In this document: positions 18,006 through 26,172 of the stretch, piece after piece
How the letters are laid out: the number at the start of each line of letters is the position of its first letter
Position numbering within the stretch: position 1 is the stretch's first letter
Origin: Abditibacteriaceae bacterium
GTDB taxonomy: Bacteria; Armatimonadota; Abditibacteriia; Abditibacteriales; Abditibacteriaceae
Assembly (NCBI GenBank): GCA_031425655.1
Contig: JANPJS010000241.1
Location: 1-33,454 of the forward strand
DNA: 33,454 nt
Direction: 5' to 3'
Program-made: the position numbers and the translations under genes
The notes under the pieces: generated by a model
Told to the model about the DNA's origin: nothing
The model's database searches: none
Seen by the model: the letters and a program-made list of their open reading frames with translations, nothing else

Positions 18006-18172
18006 GAAACTCGGTGTGCGATGGAAAAAGCTGTGATGAGTTCCGAGTCGCGCAGAGTGCGCTGATTAGCGCAAAAGTGCCGCCCAAACAGCAGCAGAGA
18101 TTTGCGCGGAACGGCGAAAGCGACGAGTTTCATTTTCTCACAGCGTAGCGGGCCACACAAACCGGCTATCCT

Positions 18173-18339
18173 TCAGGGCAATCGCATGAGAATAGGGTTT
18201 TGGGTTTTGGGTTTTGGGTTTTAGGTTTTGGATTCTGAACCGAGACGATCATGTCCGCACCCACTACCCAACACCCAACACCCAACACCCAACACCCAAA
18301 ACCCAAAACCCAAAACCCTATTCTTATACGTTTGCCTGA
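18173..18339. mobile_element. 167-bp MITE-like element with internal heptamer arrays
   Basis: Imperfect terminal inverted repeats 18173-18197 and 18316-18339, continuing into (GGGTTTT)n and (AACACCC/AAAACCC)n arrays, flanked by GGCTATCCT at 18164-18172 and 18340-18348. Confidence 0.65.
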
Positions 18340-18385
18340 GGCTATCCTTTTACCGTCCTCGCCGGGCGCAAGTTCAAAACTTTCC

Positions 18386-19423
18386 ATGAGAAGCCGCTTT
18401 TCGCTGGGCCGTCGTTCACCGCGTGCAGTCGCCGACCCGAAGGCCAAAGCGCGCCGCAAAAAACGCGCATTGCTGGCCGTTGGAATCCTGCTTTGCGCTG
18501 CAGCTCCGACCTTCGTTGCTCAACTCCGGCTTTACCGTCGCAATCTGGCAATGGCGCGCGAAATTTTGCCGATTTTGCCCGTTTTAACTGCGCGCGACCG
18601 CCTGCTGGTTTTAGCGCCGCACCCCGACGACGAAACTTTAGGCGCGGGCGGCACCATCGCCGAAGCGCGGCGGCGCGGCCTTGCGGTGCGTATCGTGTTT
18701 CTCACCAACGGCGACGGTTCGCGCTCGACGCAACTCGCCGTAAATCTGCGCCAACGACGGCTTAACTCGTTTTCAGAATTAGCAAAGCTGCGCCAACAAG
18801 AAGCCACAAGCGCAACCCGCGCGTTGGGCGTGGCCACTCCAGATTTGATTTTTCTCGGCTATCCCGACGGCGGCACCAAAGAAATGCTGCTGCGCCACTG
18901 GACGCCGAATAACCTGTATCGCTCGCCGTTTACCGGCGCCGATTATGCGCCTTATGACAACGCGCGCACGCCAAACGCGCCATATTGCGGCGAGCAGGCA
19001 TTAGCCGATGTCACGTCTGTGCTGCGCGAGTTTCGTCCGACAATTGTTATCACTACGCATCCGCGCGACTCGCATTCCGATCATCACGCCGCTTATGAAT
19101 TCGCCGCAAAGTCGCTGGAACAACTGCGGAAAAATCCGCGCCAAGCGTGGGCCGAAGACACGCGATTGCTAACATTTATCGTGCATCACGGCCTGTGGCC
19201 GGTGCCTTACGGCTATCATCCCGACGCCACGCTTTCGCCGCCCGCCGACTTGAAAAGCGGCACGAATTGGATGCGCGCACCGCTGAATGCGACTTCACGC
19301 AGCGCGAAAAATGCCGCGCTCGAAGCGTATTCCAGCCAACTGGCGACCACGCCGAATTATCTGCGCTCGTTTCTGCGGCGCAACGAACTTTTCGGTTTAA
19401 TGGCTCCGCATGAACAAAAGTAA
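18386..19423 (+). CDS. PIG-L/LmbE family deacetylase with N-terminal membrane anchor
   Basis: LVLAPHPDDETLGAGG, VFLTNGD, FLGYPDG, DSHSDH, YSSQL. Start moved to ATG 18386 because the upstream frame is translated repeat. Confidence 0.9.
   Translation: MRSRFSLGRRSPRAVADPKAKARRKKRALLAVGILLCAAAPTFVAQLRLYRRNLAMAREILPILPVLTARDRLLVLAPHPDDETLGAGGTIAEARRRGLAVRIVFLTNGDGSRSTQLAVNLRQRRLNSFSELAKLRQQEATSATRALGVATPDLIFLGYPDGGTKEMLLRHWTPNNLYRSPFTGADYAPYDNARTPNAPYCGEQALADVTSVLREFRPTIVITTHPRDSHSDHHAAYEFAAKSLEQLRKNPRQAWAEDTRLLTFIVHHGLWPVPYGYHPDATLSPPADLKSGTNWMRAPLNATSRSAKNAALEAYSSQLATTPNYLRSFLRRNELFGLMAPHEQK
19223..19395 (+). repeat. 173-bp direct repeat, copy 1 (3' end of the PIG-L gene)
   Basis: Aligns without gaps to 20139-20311; 19 mismatches by manual count (about 89% identity). 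Confidence 0.95.
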
Positions 19424-19447
19424 ATGGCTATTAGGCGTTAATCATGT

Positions 19448-19476
19448 TCGACAGAACGCCTAACGCTTTTTATAAT
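19448..19476 (+). promoter_or_regulatory. Sigma70-type promoter
   Basis: TCGACA-N17-TATAAT upstream of the 19550 gene; overlaps the inverted repeat TTAGGCGTT..AACGCCTAA (19431-19463). Confidence 0.65.
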
Positions 19477-19549
19477 ACTTGTTCAGTCACAAGCTCCAAA
19501 TGGCCGCTGCAGGTCAAATCAGAGCTGCGGCGAATAAGGAATGTGTTCA

Positions 19550-20035
19550 ATGGAAGAAACCCACGTCAATGATTTGCGGATATTACAAGACCGGATTGCT
19601 CAGATGGAGCAAGAGGCTAAAGAACGGGATACGCAGTTGGAGTTAAGGCACAAAGCGCAAATGGTAAAGCATCGCATGATGCTGGGCTTGGTCGTTGTGG
19701 GCATGGGCATCACAATGATGGCTAAGCAGGGCACAACACAAGGAACGCCTCAGTCGTTGACGGTCCGCTCACTCAAAGTGGTTGATGCCAAAGGATTCAC
19801 TCTTGTGACTCTTGGCGCCGATGTCAACGACGGAGGACAAATATCTGTCTATGGCTCCACCGGGAAAAAAGTCGCGTCGTTGGGAACCAGCGTAAAGGGC
19901 AACGGCGGCGCATGGTTTTTCGATGCTGAGGGGAAAACGCAGCACACCTCCATTGGCATTAACCAGAATGGGCAGGGCGTGGTGACTCACAATGCCCTGC
20001 AGAATGCCATTCAGCCGGGGAAGAAACAGCCGTAG
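19550..20035 (+). CDS. Hypothetical bitopic membrane protein (coiled coil, TM, Gly-rich beta repeats)
   Basis: AAGGA 9 nt before ATG 19550 (alternative start 19541). Repeated segments such as VVDAKG..LVTLG, VYGSTGKKVASLG, FFDAEGK..TSIG. Confidence 0.8.
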   Translation: MEETHVNDLRILQDRIAQMEQEAKERDTQLELRHKAQMVKHRMMLGLVVVGMGITMMAKQGTTQGTPQSLTVRSLKVVDAKGFTLVTLGADVNDGGQISVYGSTGKKVASLGTSVKGNGGAWFFDAEGKTQHTSIGINQNGQGVVTHNALQNAIQPGKKQP

Positions 20036-20065
20036 TAAAGCACCCACTTTTGCAATCCTGCCGAT

Positions 20066-20098
20066 AAAAAGCCGTTCTCTTTTTGAGAACGGCTTTTT
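20066..20098 (+). terminator. Rho-independent terminator
   Basis: AAAAAGCCGTTCTC-ttttt-GAGAACGGCTTTTT. Confidence 0.85.
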
Positions 20099-20138
20099 TG
20101 TGATTTCGCTTATGTATTCGTGTTTAAGGCTACAAGCG

Positions 20139-20321
20139 GACGCCGCGCTTTCGCCTCCCGCCGACTTGAAAAGCGGCACGAATTGGATGCGCGCACCGCT
20201 GGATATAACCTCACGCAGCGCGAAAAAAACCGCGCTCAAAACATATTCCAGTGAACTGACCACCACACCGAATTATCTGCGCTCGTTTTTACGGCGCAAC
20301 GAACTTTTCGGCGGGGACTGA
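20139..20321 (+). pseudogene. Orphan 3' fragment of the PIG-L deacetylase gene (repeat copy 2)
   Basis: Encodes DAALSPPADLKSGTNWMRAPL...FLRRNELFGGD*, with no 5' part of the gene. Confidence 0.85.
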
Positions 20322-20362
20322 CTTTAGAAGGCGATAAACTGATGGGGAATTGAGACGGCGAT

Positions 20363-20683
20363 ATGCGAAAGCTGCGATTGAGTAAATGGGACAAGGCGGG
20401 CATCAGTGTCGCGCTGCTTTTGTTTGTGGGCTTGATGGGATTTCGCGCCTACATCGCGGGTTATCTTTACCCACACTATTGCCAACGCGATCTGACAACC
20501 CGTATACGCCGCGCACACATAATTTGGCGGCACAGAACCTCGGCTGGGGGTTATGCAGAAACGAAATACGCTCTTCCAATGGCAAACTTTAATTGCGGCC
20601 CAGCAGATGCAGTTCGTCAGGAGTGGGGAAAGTTCTATTTATACTGCCCTGATTGCGTTTATAAAGGTAATTTGTGCTCCTGA
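20363..20683 (+). CDS. Hypothetical small protein with N-terminal TM segment and Cys-rich C-terminus
   Basis: 106-aa ORF, AGISVALLLFVGLMGF, five Cys, AT-richer than core genes. Confidence 0.55.
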   Translation: MRKLRLSKWDKAGISVALLLFVGLMGFRAYIAGYLYPHYCQRDLTTRIRRAHIIWRHRTSAGGYAETKYALPMANFNCGPADAVRQEWGKFYLYCPDCVYKGNLCS

Positions 20684-20698
20684 CGGCAAGCGACACGC

Positions 20699-20741
20699 TG
20701 AGAATGTAGAATTGAGAATGGTGAATTCGGAAAGATTCTCA
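20699..20741. repeat. Degenerate heptamer array with a short inverted copy
   Basis: TGAGAAT GTAGAAT TGAGAAT GGTGAAT (20699-20726), and ATTCTCA (20735-20741) overlapping the next ATG. Confidence 0.6.
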
Positions 20742-22249
20742 TGCTTACTTTTTCTCACATCTCGAAGCGGTTTGGCGGCGTGCGCGCCTTAGAAGACGTG
20801 TCGTTTGAAATTCAGCGCGGCGCGATTCACGCGATTGTCGGCGAAAACGGCGCCGGCAAAAGCACGTTGATGAAAATCGTGTCCGGCGTGCATCTGCCCG
20901 ATACCGGCACCATCACGCTGGACGGCAAGGAAATCACGGTTCCCACGCCGCGCCGCGCGCGTGAATTGGGCATCGCTCTCGTGCCGCAAGAACCGGCGTT
21001 GTGCCCTAATCTGAGCGTCGAAGACAACCTCAATTTAGGTTACGAGCCGGCGCAGATGGGTTTCGTCAAGCGAGGCGAAATGCGTCGTCGCGCGGTCGCG
21101 GCTTTGAAGCGCGCGGCACTGGATATTTCGCCGGAATTGCCGGTTGAGCGATTGTCGGCGGCGCAGCGCCATTTGCTGCAAATCGCCCGCGCTTTGGCCG
21201 AAGACGCGAAAATTCTCATTCTTGACGAGCCAACCGCCGCGCTTTCCGAAGGAGAAGCCTCGAATTTATTCGAGCGGTTGCGCGGCCTCAAAGCCGAAGG
21301 CGTAACGATTCTTTATATTTCGCACCGCCTGCCGGAAATCTTCCAGCTTTGCGACGGCATCACGACGTTGCGCGACGGCCATCACGTCGCCACGCAGCCG
21401 ATTTCGCAGGTCACACCCGAAGACATCGTGGCGCACATGGTCGGACGCGAACTGGCGACCGAAGAAGAAGCCGTCGAAGCCAAAATCGCGGCCTCGGCGG
21501 CGATTGTGCGCGAGAATCCGCTCTTCGAGTGCAAGAATTTATCGCACAGCGGCGATTTTGAGGACGTGTCGTTTGCGGTTTATCCCGGCGAAATCGTCGG
21601 CATGGCCGGACTTGTCGGCAGCGGGCGCACCGAAGTGGCGCGCGTGATTTTCGGCCTCGATCAAGCGACCACCGGCACCATGACGTTAGAAGGTAAAGCC
21701 TACGCACCGCGCGACCCACGCGCCGCGATTCGCGCCGGAGTGGCGATGGTGCCCGAAGACCGGCGCCATCAGGGGCTTGTGATGCAGCTTTCCGTGCGCG
21801 AAAACCTGTCGCTGCCCGCTTTAGCCGCCAAAGTCGGCGATTTAGCGTCGGGGCCGATGGTCAAGAGCGGCATGGAGCGGCAAACGGCCCAGGCGCGCAT
21901 CGCCGATTTGGGAATCAAAACTTCCAGTCAGGATGCCGGCGTTTCGACGCTCAGCGGCGGCAACGCGCAGAAAGTGGTCATCGGCAAATGGCTGACGGTC
22001 GGCCCGCGCTTTTTCATCGTGGACGAGCCGACGCAGGGCGTGGACGTGGGCGCCAAAGCACAAGTGCATCGCCTGCTGGTGGAACTGGCCTCCAAAGGCT
22101 ACGGCGTGCTGATGATTTCCTCCGATTTACCCGAAGTTTTGCACCTGTCGCACCGCATTTTAGTGATGCGTCAGGGCAAATTAGCTGGCGAACTCCCGCA
22201 TCATTGCGGCCCCGAAGATGTAATGCGTTTAGCGGCTCTGGGCAGCTAA
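20741..22249 (+). CDS. Monosaccharide ABC transporter ATP-binding protein (RbsA/MglA-like, two NBDs)
   Basis: GENGAGKSTLMK, ILDEPTAAL, YISHRL, GLVGSGRTE, VPEDRR, LSGGNAQKV, DEPTQGVDVGAK, ISSDLPE. Confidence 0.95.
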   Translation: MLTFSHISKRFGGVRALEDVSFEIQRGAIHAIVGENGAGKSTLMKIVSGVHLPDTGTITLDGKEITVPTPRRARELGIALVPQEPALCPNLSVEDNLNLGYEPAQMGFVKRGEMRRRAVAALKRAALDISPELPVERLSAAQRHLLQIARALAEDAKILILDEPTAALSEGEASNLFERLRGLKAEGVTILYISHRLPEIFQLCDGITTLRDGHHVATQPISQVTPEDIVAHMVGRELATEEEAVEAKIAASAAIVRENPLFECKNLSHSGDFEDVSFAVYPGEIVGMAGLVGSGRTEVARVIFGLDQATTGTMTLEGKAYAPRDPRAAIRAGVAMVPEDRRHQGLVMQLSVRENLSLPALAAKVGDLASGPMVKSGMERQTAQARIADLGIKTSSQDAGVSTLSGGNAQKVVIGKWLTVGPRFFIVDEPTQGVDVGAKAQVHRLLVELASKGYGVLMISSDLPEVLHLSHRILVMRQGKLAGELPHHCGPEDVMRLAALGS

Positions 22250-22270
22250 CACGAAGACAAAGGAGCGAGA

Positions 22271-22537
22271 ATGAAAGGTTTAGTTGACGCAAAGGTTTTC
22301 CTGCAAACGATGATTTCGCTGGCCTCAGCATCTTTGGGACTCGTTGCGGCGTTGGCATGGAACGAAGCCATTAAAGAAACGATTAAACGCCTGATGCCGG
22401 GCGGCGAAGGCTTGGGAGTTCTGTATTTGTATGCTGTGCTGGCAATAGTTCTCGCAATCGTCGTGCTGACGATTTTATCGCGTTTGGCAGCCCGAATCGG
22501 TGGCGACGCGGCCATCGCCCGCGAAGCCGAAGGATAA
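22271..22537 (+). CDS. DUF5654-like small membrane protein
   Basis: SLGLVAALAWNEAIK motif, two TM segments, AAGGAG RBS. Confidence 0.8.
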   Translation: MKGLVDAKVFLQTMISLASASLGLVAALAWNEAIKETIKRLMPGGEGLGVLYLYAVLAIVLAIVVLTILSRLAARIGGDAAIAREAEG

Positions 22538-22614
22538 ATTGACCACCGAGAACGCAAAGAGCGCCGAGAGAGGTTATTTCTCTCGGCGCTCTTTGCGTTC
22601 TCGACGGTCAATTT
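22536..22614. repeat. Palindromic element with 3 x 9-nt units per arm; probable bidirectional terminator
   Basis: Arms 22536-22571 and 22579-22614, 34/36 complementary. Units CACCGAGaa CGCAAAGag CGCCGAGag. Spans exactly from one stop codon to the convergent stop codon. Confidence 0.92.
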
Positions 22615-23198
22615 TATTGCTTTTTCAAACTGACGACGCGCAGACGCTCTTCGTAAGCCCATTCGAGGCGCACTTTGTCGCCGACTTTGACTTCGGCGAT
22701 GGCTTGCAGCGCAGCTTTGTCCAAGCCGCCGCCGTCTTTGGGCAAGTTGCCGATCCAACGCGGCGAATAGCGTTCGATGGGCTTATCGCCGGATTTGACT
22801 TCGATCCAGTTTTCGCCTTTGGCCGTGACTTCGCCTTCAACCACGCCGGTTTTGTCCGTCGGCTCAAACCATTCTACGCTGACGACGCGCAAACGCTCGA
22901 TGAACGCCCAGTTCAAGCGCACACGATTGGGCACGCGCAGCTTTTTGATGGTTTCGAGCATCGCTTTATCGGGGCCGCCTCCGTCTTTGGGCAGGCCGCC
23001 GACCCAGTTGGCGACGTAACGCTTGGATTCTTTGGCGTCATCAGCGCGCACCTCGATCCAGTTTTCGCCTTTGGCGGTCAGCATCCCGTCGAGGCGGCCT
23101 TTATCGCCTTCGGCAGCCAGGCTTGCTTGCGGCGCCAGAGCGCTCGCCATCAATGCGGCTCCGGCCAGAGCCGTTGCCATCGTCTTTTTCATTTGCAT
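22614..23198 (-). CDS. Putative nested in-frame secreted protein (194 aa) with two tandem copies of one domain
   Basis: AAAGGA 8 nt upstream of ATG 23198, signal peptide MQMKKTMATALAGAALMASALAPQASLA, repeated TAKGENWIEV...LPKDGGG.DK...VRL.W...ERLRVVS. Confidence 0.55.
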   Translation of the reverse strand: MQMKKTMATALAGAALMASALAPQASLAAEGDKGRLDGMLTAKGENWIEVRADDAKESKRYVANWVGGLPKDGGGPDKAMLETIKKLRVPNRVRLNWAFIERLRVVSVEWFEPTDKTGVVEGEVTAKGENWIEVKSGDKPIERYSPRWIGNLPKDGGGLDKAALQAIAEVKVGDKVRLEWAYEERLRVVSLKKQ

Positions 23199-24467
23199 TT
23201 CTTCAATCCTTTCGTTATCGCGGGTTGGAATTTGTTCCCGCGTTAAAACCTGTTTTGGTGCAATCTTAGCCGGAGAATCGAGTGATTCTCCGATTGGCTT
23301 TTCGTTCGTCATCGGGAGCTTTTTGGTCTCCGATGCGCGTTCGATTTCGGATTTCGGCGCCGGCAGAAAAACTCTGTCTTCGCGGCGAGGCGATTGGCCC
23401 ATCGGGCGGCGAGGCGCTTTGATTTCGCTTTTGGCCGCCGGAAAAGCCAGAACCCGTGACGATTGTGGTTTGGCTGTTGCCTTTTCAGGCGAAGCAGGCT
23501 TTAACGACGCGGCACGAGCAATCTCGCGCTTTGGCACTGCCGCAAGACGAGGTTTGTCATTCGTCTTCACTTTGGCCACGCGAATTTGCGGCGCTGGCTT
23601 TAAATGCGCCGTGTGCGCTATCGCCGGTTGCTCGTGCGGAGTCAACTGCTTGGAGCCGACGGCGACTAAAGACACTCCGCACACCGCTGTCGCCGCTGTT
23701 TTGAGCTTCAGCAGCAGCCATGCGTGCCGTGCGTTTTCGACAAGCGCCACAGCTTTCGTGCTGACTGCGCCCGTCGCGGCTGTTCCCGCCGCCGCTGTTC
23801 CCGCTGACATCGAAACCGCTGCTGCAGAAAAAGCCGTGGTCATCGCAGCGGCCAGACTTGCGGGCGCTGCCTGCACGGCATGAGAAGAAAGCAGCGCGGC
23901 CAAAGTCGCCATCGAAAGCGTGACGCCGTGACGTGTGAAGTAACGCCGCAGCTTTTCCAGAGCGCGAGACACACGTTTGCGCGCCGCGTCTTCGCTCACG
24001 CCTAAAGCCTCGCCGGTTTCTTTCAGGCTGCGCGCTTCAAAGCAGCGCAACAGCACGGCGCTGCGGTCGCCGGCGTTTAAGGTGCTCATCGCGTCGTGCA
24101 GCAGCGGTTGGATTTGCGCCCAGTTGTCCTCTTCGGCGGATGGTTGCGTGGTCATTTCGTGCATCATGGCTTCCGCCGCCTTTTGCGTGCGCTGCTGATG
24201 GCGGATTTCCTGTTTTCGGGCATTTTTCGACACAAATCGCGCCGTCTGAAACAGCCAACCCGCAAGCACCGTTTCCGGTCGCAATGTCGCGGCTTTTTGC
24301 CAGAGCAGCAGAAAAACCGCCTGTGTGGCATCTTCGGCCAAAGCGGAGTCTCCAATCTCGCGCAAGCAGGTTGAATACACGAAATTCAAGTGGCGTTCGA
24401 CCAAACGTCCGAAGGCGGCTTGCGAATCGCTTTTCACAAACTCTTGAATTAACTGCCAGTCGTGCAT
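22614..24467 (-). CDS. ECF sigma factor with a long C-terminal extension (Ala-rich linker, TM, low-complexity linker, duplicated beta domain)
   Basis: AFGRLVERHLNFVYSTCLR, AEDATQAVFLLL, LAGWLFQTARF, DRSAVLLRCFEARSLKETGEALGVSEDAARKRVSRALEKLR, then AAPASL...LKLK-TM. Confidence 0.9.
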   Translation of the reverse strand: MHDWQLIQEFVKSDSQAAFGRLVERHLNFVYSTCLREIGDSALAEDATQAVFLLLWQKAATLRPETVLAGWLFQTARFVSKNARKQEIRHQQRTQKAAEAMMHEMTTQPSAEEDNWAQIQPLLHDAMSTLNAGDRSAVLLRCFEARSLKETGEALGVSEDAARKRVSRALEKLRRYFTRHGVTLSMATLAALLSSHAVQAAPASLAAAMTTAFSAAAVSMSAGTAAAGTAATGAVSTKAVALVENARHAWLLLKLKTAATAVCGVSLVAVGSKQLTPHEQPAIAHTAHLKPAPQIRVAKVKTNDKPRLAAVPKREIARAASLKPASPEKATAKPQSSRVLAFPAAKSEIKAPRRPMGQSPRREDRVFLPAPKSEIERASETKKLPMTNEKPIGESLDSPAKIAPKQVLTREQIPTRDNERIEEMQMKKTMATALAGAALMASALAPQASLAAEGDKGRLDGMLTAKGENWIEVRADDAKESKRYVANWVGGLPKDGGGPDKAMLETIKKLRVPNRVRLNWAFIERLRVVSVEWFEPTDKTGVVEGEVTAKGENWIEVKSGDKPIERYSPRWIGNLPKDGGGLDKAALQAIAEVKVGDKVRLEWAYEERLRVVSLKKQ

Positions 24468-24491
24468 TCTTGCTTCCTCTTACTCTTATAA

Positions 24492-24516
24492 TGTCCGCCG
24501 ATTCAGGAAGCGGACA
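24492..24516 (-). promoter_or_regulatory. Palindromic candidate promoter/operator directly upstream of the extended ECF gene
   Basis: TGTCCGC-N11-GCGGACA, about 25 nt before ATG 24467. Confidence 0.45.
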
Positions 24517-24576
24517 AAATAATTTTTCCGCAGGTTGTTAGACAGTTATGGCCTTAACAATTTGGTGGACACAGTG

Positions 24577-24613
24577 AATCCTTGTAGGGGCGCCGGGTGC
24601 CCTTACAAGGATT
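24577..24613. repeat. REP-like palindrome with GTAG motif
   Basis: AATCCTTGTAGGGGCGCC-g-GGTGCCCTTACAAGGATT, 16/18 complementary, just downstream of ppx. Confidence 0.7.
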
Positions 24614-24624
24614 GACTAAAGCCT

Positions 24625-26154
24625 TTAATGCTGTATCTGACTTTCCAGCGTGATGGGCAAGCCGGCGGCGAGCGAAAGCAAATCAAGCGCGTTACGCTCG
24701 GCGTCCCAAAGTTCGACAGCGGGATGTTCGTCGGCGATGAGCGTTAAATGCAGGCCATTTTTGTCGTGATGCGCCTGCACGTCGCGCACCAGACCGGCGC
24801 GGCCTCGCTCCAGATATTCAGCGAGGCGCAGCAGCGAAGCGAGCCACAACAGGCGCGTTTCGTCGCCACGGTGCAAGAGCGAGGCGAACTCGCCGGGCGC
24901 GGGCGTGCCTTTGCGATGATAGCGCGCGGCTAAAGCGATGAGCGCGATTTCTCGCGGCGCAAAACCCGGCAGTCCGCTGCTGGCAATGAGGGTTTGCGAA
25001 TGTTTGTGGTGATCGTTGTAACGAATAGCCAGCCCGATGTCGTGCAAAAGCGCGCTGGCGCCCAGCAGTTCGCGCTCCCACGCGCCCAAGCCGTGCAGCG
25101 GCATAAGTTGGTCGAAAAGACGGCTCGCCAGATGGCGGACGTGCAGGGCGTGCGCTTCTTGAAATCCGTAAAAACGCGCTACGTTCAGCACGCTGAAATC
25201 GCGCAAATCCGGCGTGACGGGATAAGGCAAAGCGCGCCAGAACTGCTCGAAAAATAGTCCTTCGCGCAATCCGAATTCCGAAATCGTGAGATTGTCCACG
25301 CCCAAACGCTCGACGATGGCGCGAATAACCAGAGCGCCCGGCAAAATGATGTCGGCGCGGTCGCGCACCAGTCCCGGAATGCGACGGCGCTGCGAAAGCG
25401 GCAAATCGCACAGCTTCTGGATGATGTCGTCTAAAGCGGCACGGCTCAGCGCGAAGCCGTTGATGCTTTGCAGCGGAAAATTCTGGCGCGCCGCTTCGAC
25501 TTTGGCTAAGGTGCGAATCGTGCCGCCCAGTCCAGCCAGCGGGCCGCGCTCGCCTTTGAGCCACGAAACCGTGTCCAGTTGGCGCTCGATTTCGCCACGC
25601 ACGGCCTTGAGTTCGCTTTTTTTGATCGGGTCGCTGTGAACGAAGCGTTCGGTGAGCGCCAGAGCGCCTAAAGTCAGGGCTTGGCCTTGCGCAAAGCGGC
25701 GCCCGTTGATGCGGCTGACCTGCGCGCTGCCGCCGCCGATGTCCACCACGACGCCATCTTCCAGAGGCACCGCGTTGAGCGCACCGAGCACGCCGTAAAA
25801 TGCTTCTTCCTCGCCGGAAAGCAGTCGCAGTTCAAGTCCGAGTTCCAAGCGCACGCGCTCTAAAAACGCCGGGCCGTTGGCGGCTTCGCGCACTGCGCTG
25901 GTGGCCGTTGCGAGGATGGAATCAACGCCCGCGCTGTCGCAAAAGCGTTTAAAAAGGCGCAGCGTCTGCAAGCCGCGCGTCATGGCTTCGTCGCTCAGAC
26001 CGGCCTGTGTCATGCCTTCGCGCAGACGCACGATTTCGCGGATTTCGTCTTCGAGATGGTAGCTGAAGCCGGGCCGGTGATTCATCACCACCACGCGGGC
26101 GCTGTTGGAACCAAGATCAATAATAGCTGTGCGTTGAGCGGCAGAGAGAGGCAT
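24625..26154 (-). CDS. ppx: Exopolyphosphatase / pppGpp phosphohydrolase (Ppx/GppA, long form with HD domain)
   Basis: IIDLGSNSAR, ATSAVREAANG, SGEEEA, DIGGGSAQ, GLGGTIR, RADIILPG, GLREG, LLHDIG, RYHRK. Start at ATG 26154. Confidence 0.93.
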   Translation of the reverse strand: MPLSAAQRTAIIDLGSNSARVVVMNHRPGFSYHLEDEIREIVRLREGMTQAGLSDEAMTRGLQTLRLFKRFCDSAGVDSILATATSAVREAANGPAFLERVRLELGLELRLLSGEEEAFYGVLGALNAVPLEDGVVVDIGGGSAQVSRINGRRFAQGQALTLGALALTERFVHSDPIKKSELKAVRGEIERQLDTVSWLKGERGPLAGLGGTIRTLAKVEAARQNFPLQSINGFALSRAALDDIIQKLCDLPLSQRRRIPGLVRDRADIILPGALVIRAIVERLGVDNLTISEFGLREGLFFEQFWRALPYPVTPDLRDFSVLNVARFYGFQEAHALHVRHLASRLFDQLMPLHGLGAWERELLGASALLHDIGLAIRYNDHHKHSQTLIASSGLPGFAPREIALIALAARYHRKGTPAPGEFASLLHRGDETRLLWLASLLRLAEYLERGRAGLVRDVQAHHDKNGLHLTLIADEHPAVELWDAERNALDLLSLAAGLPITLESQIQH

Positions 26155-26172
26155 AGAAGTAAGACGATTTTT

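Noticed and set aside
18032..18052. Additional heptamer array (TGTGATG AGTTCCG AGTCGCG)
   Set aside because: Only three poorly matching units, which could arise by chance.
18195..18318. Eukaryotic telomere contamination or contig end
   Set aside because: The tracts are short, internal, arranged as an inverted pair, and flanked by continuous bacterial genes.
19431..19464. attC or empty integron cassette (TTAGGCG...CGCCTAAC)
   Set aside because: The core-like motifs are not followed by L boxes or a second arm; better explained as a hairpin overlapping the promoter.
19223..20311. Diversity-generating retroelement TR/VR pair
   Set aside because: Only 10 of 19 mismatches have A in copy 2 and 2 have A in copy 1, so the changes are not adenine-specific. 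No reverse transcriptase is in the window, and the target is an enzyme C-terminus.
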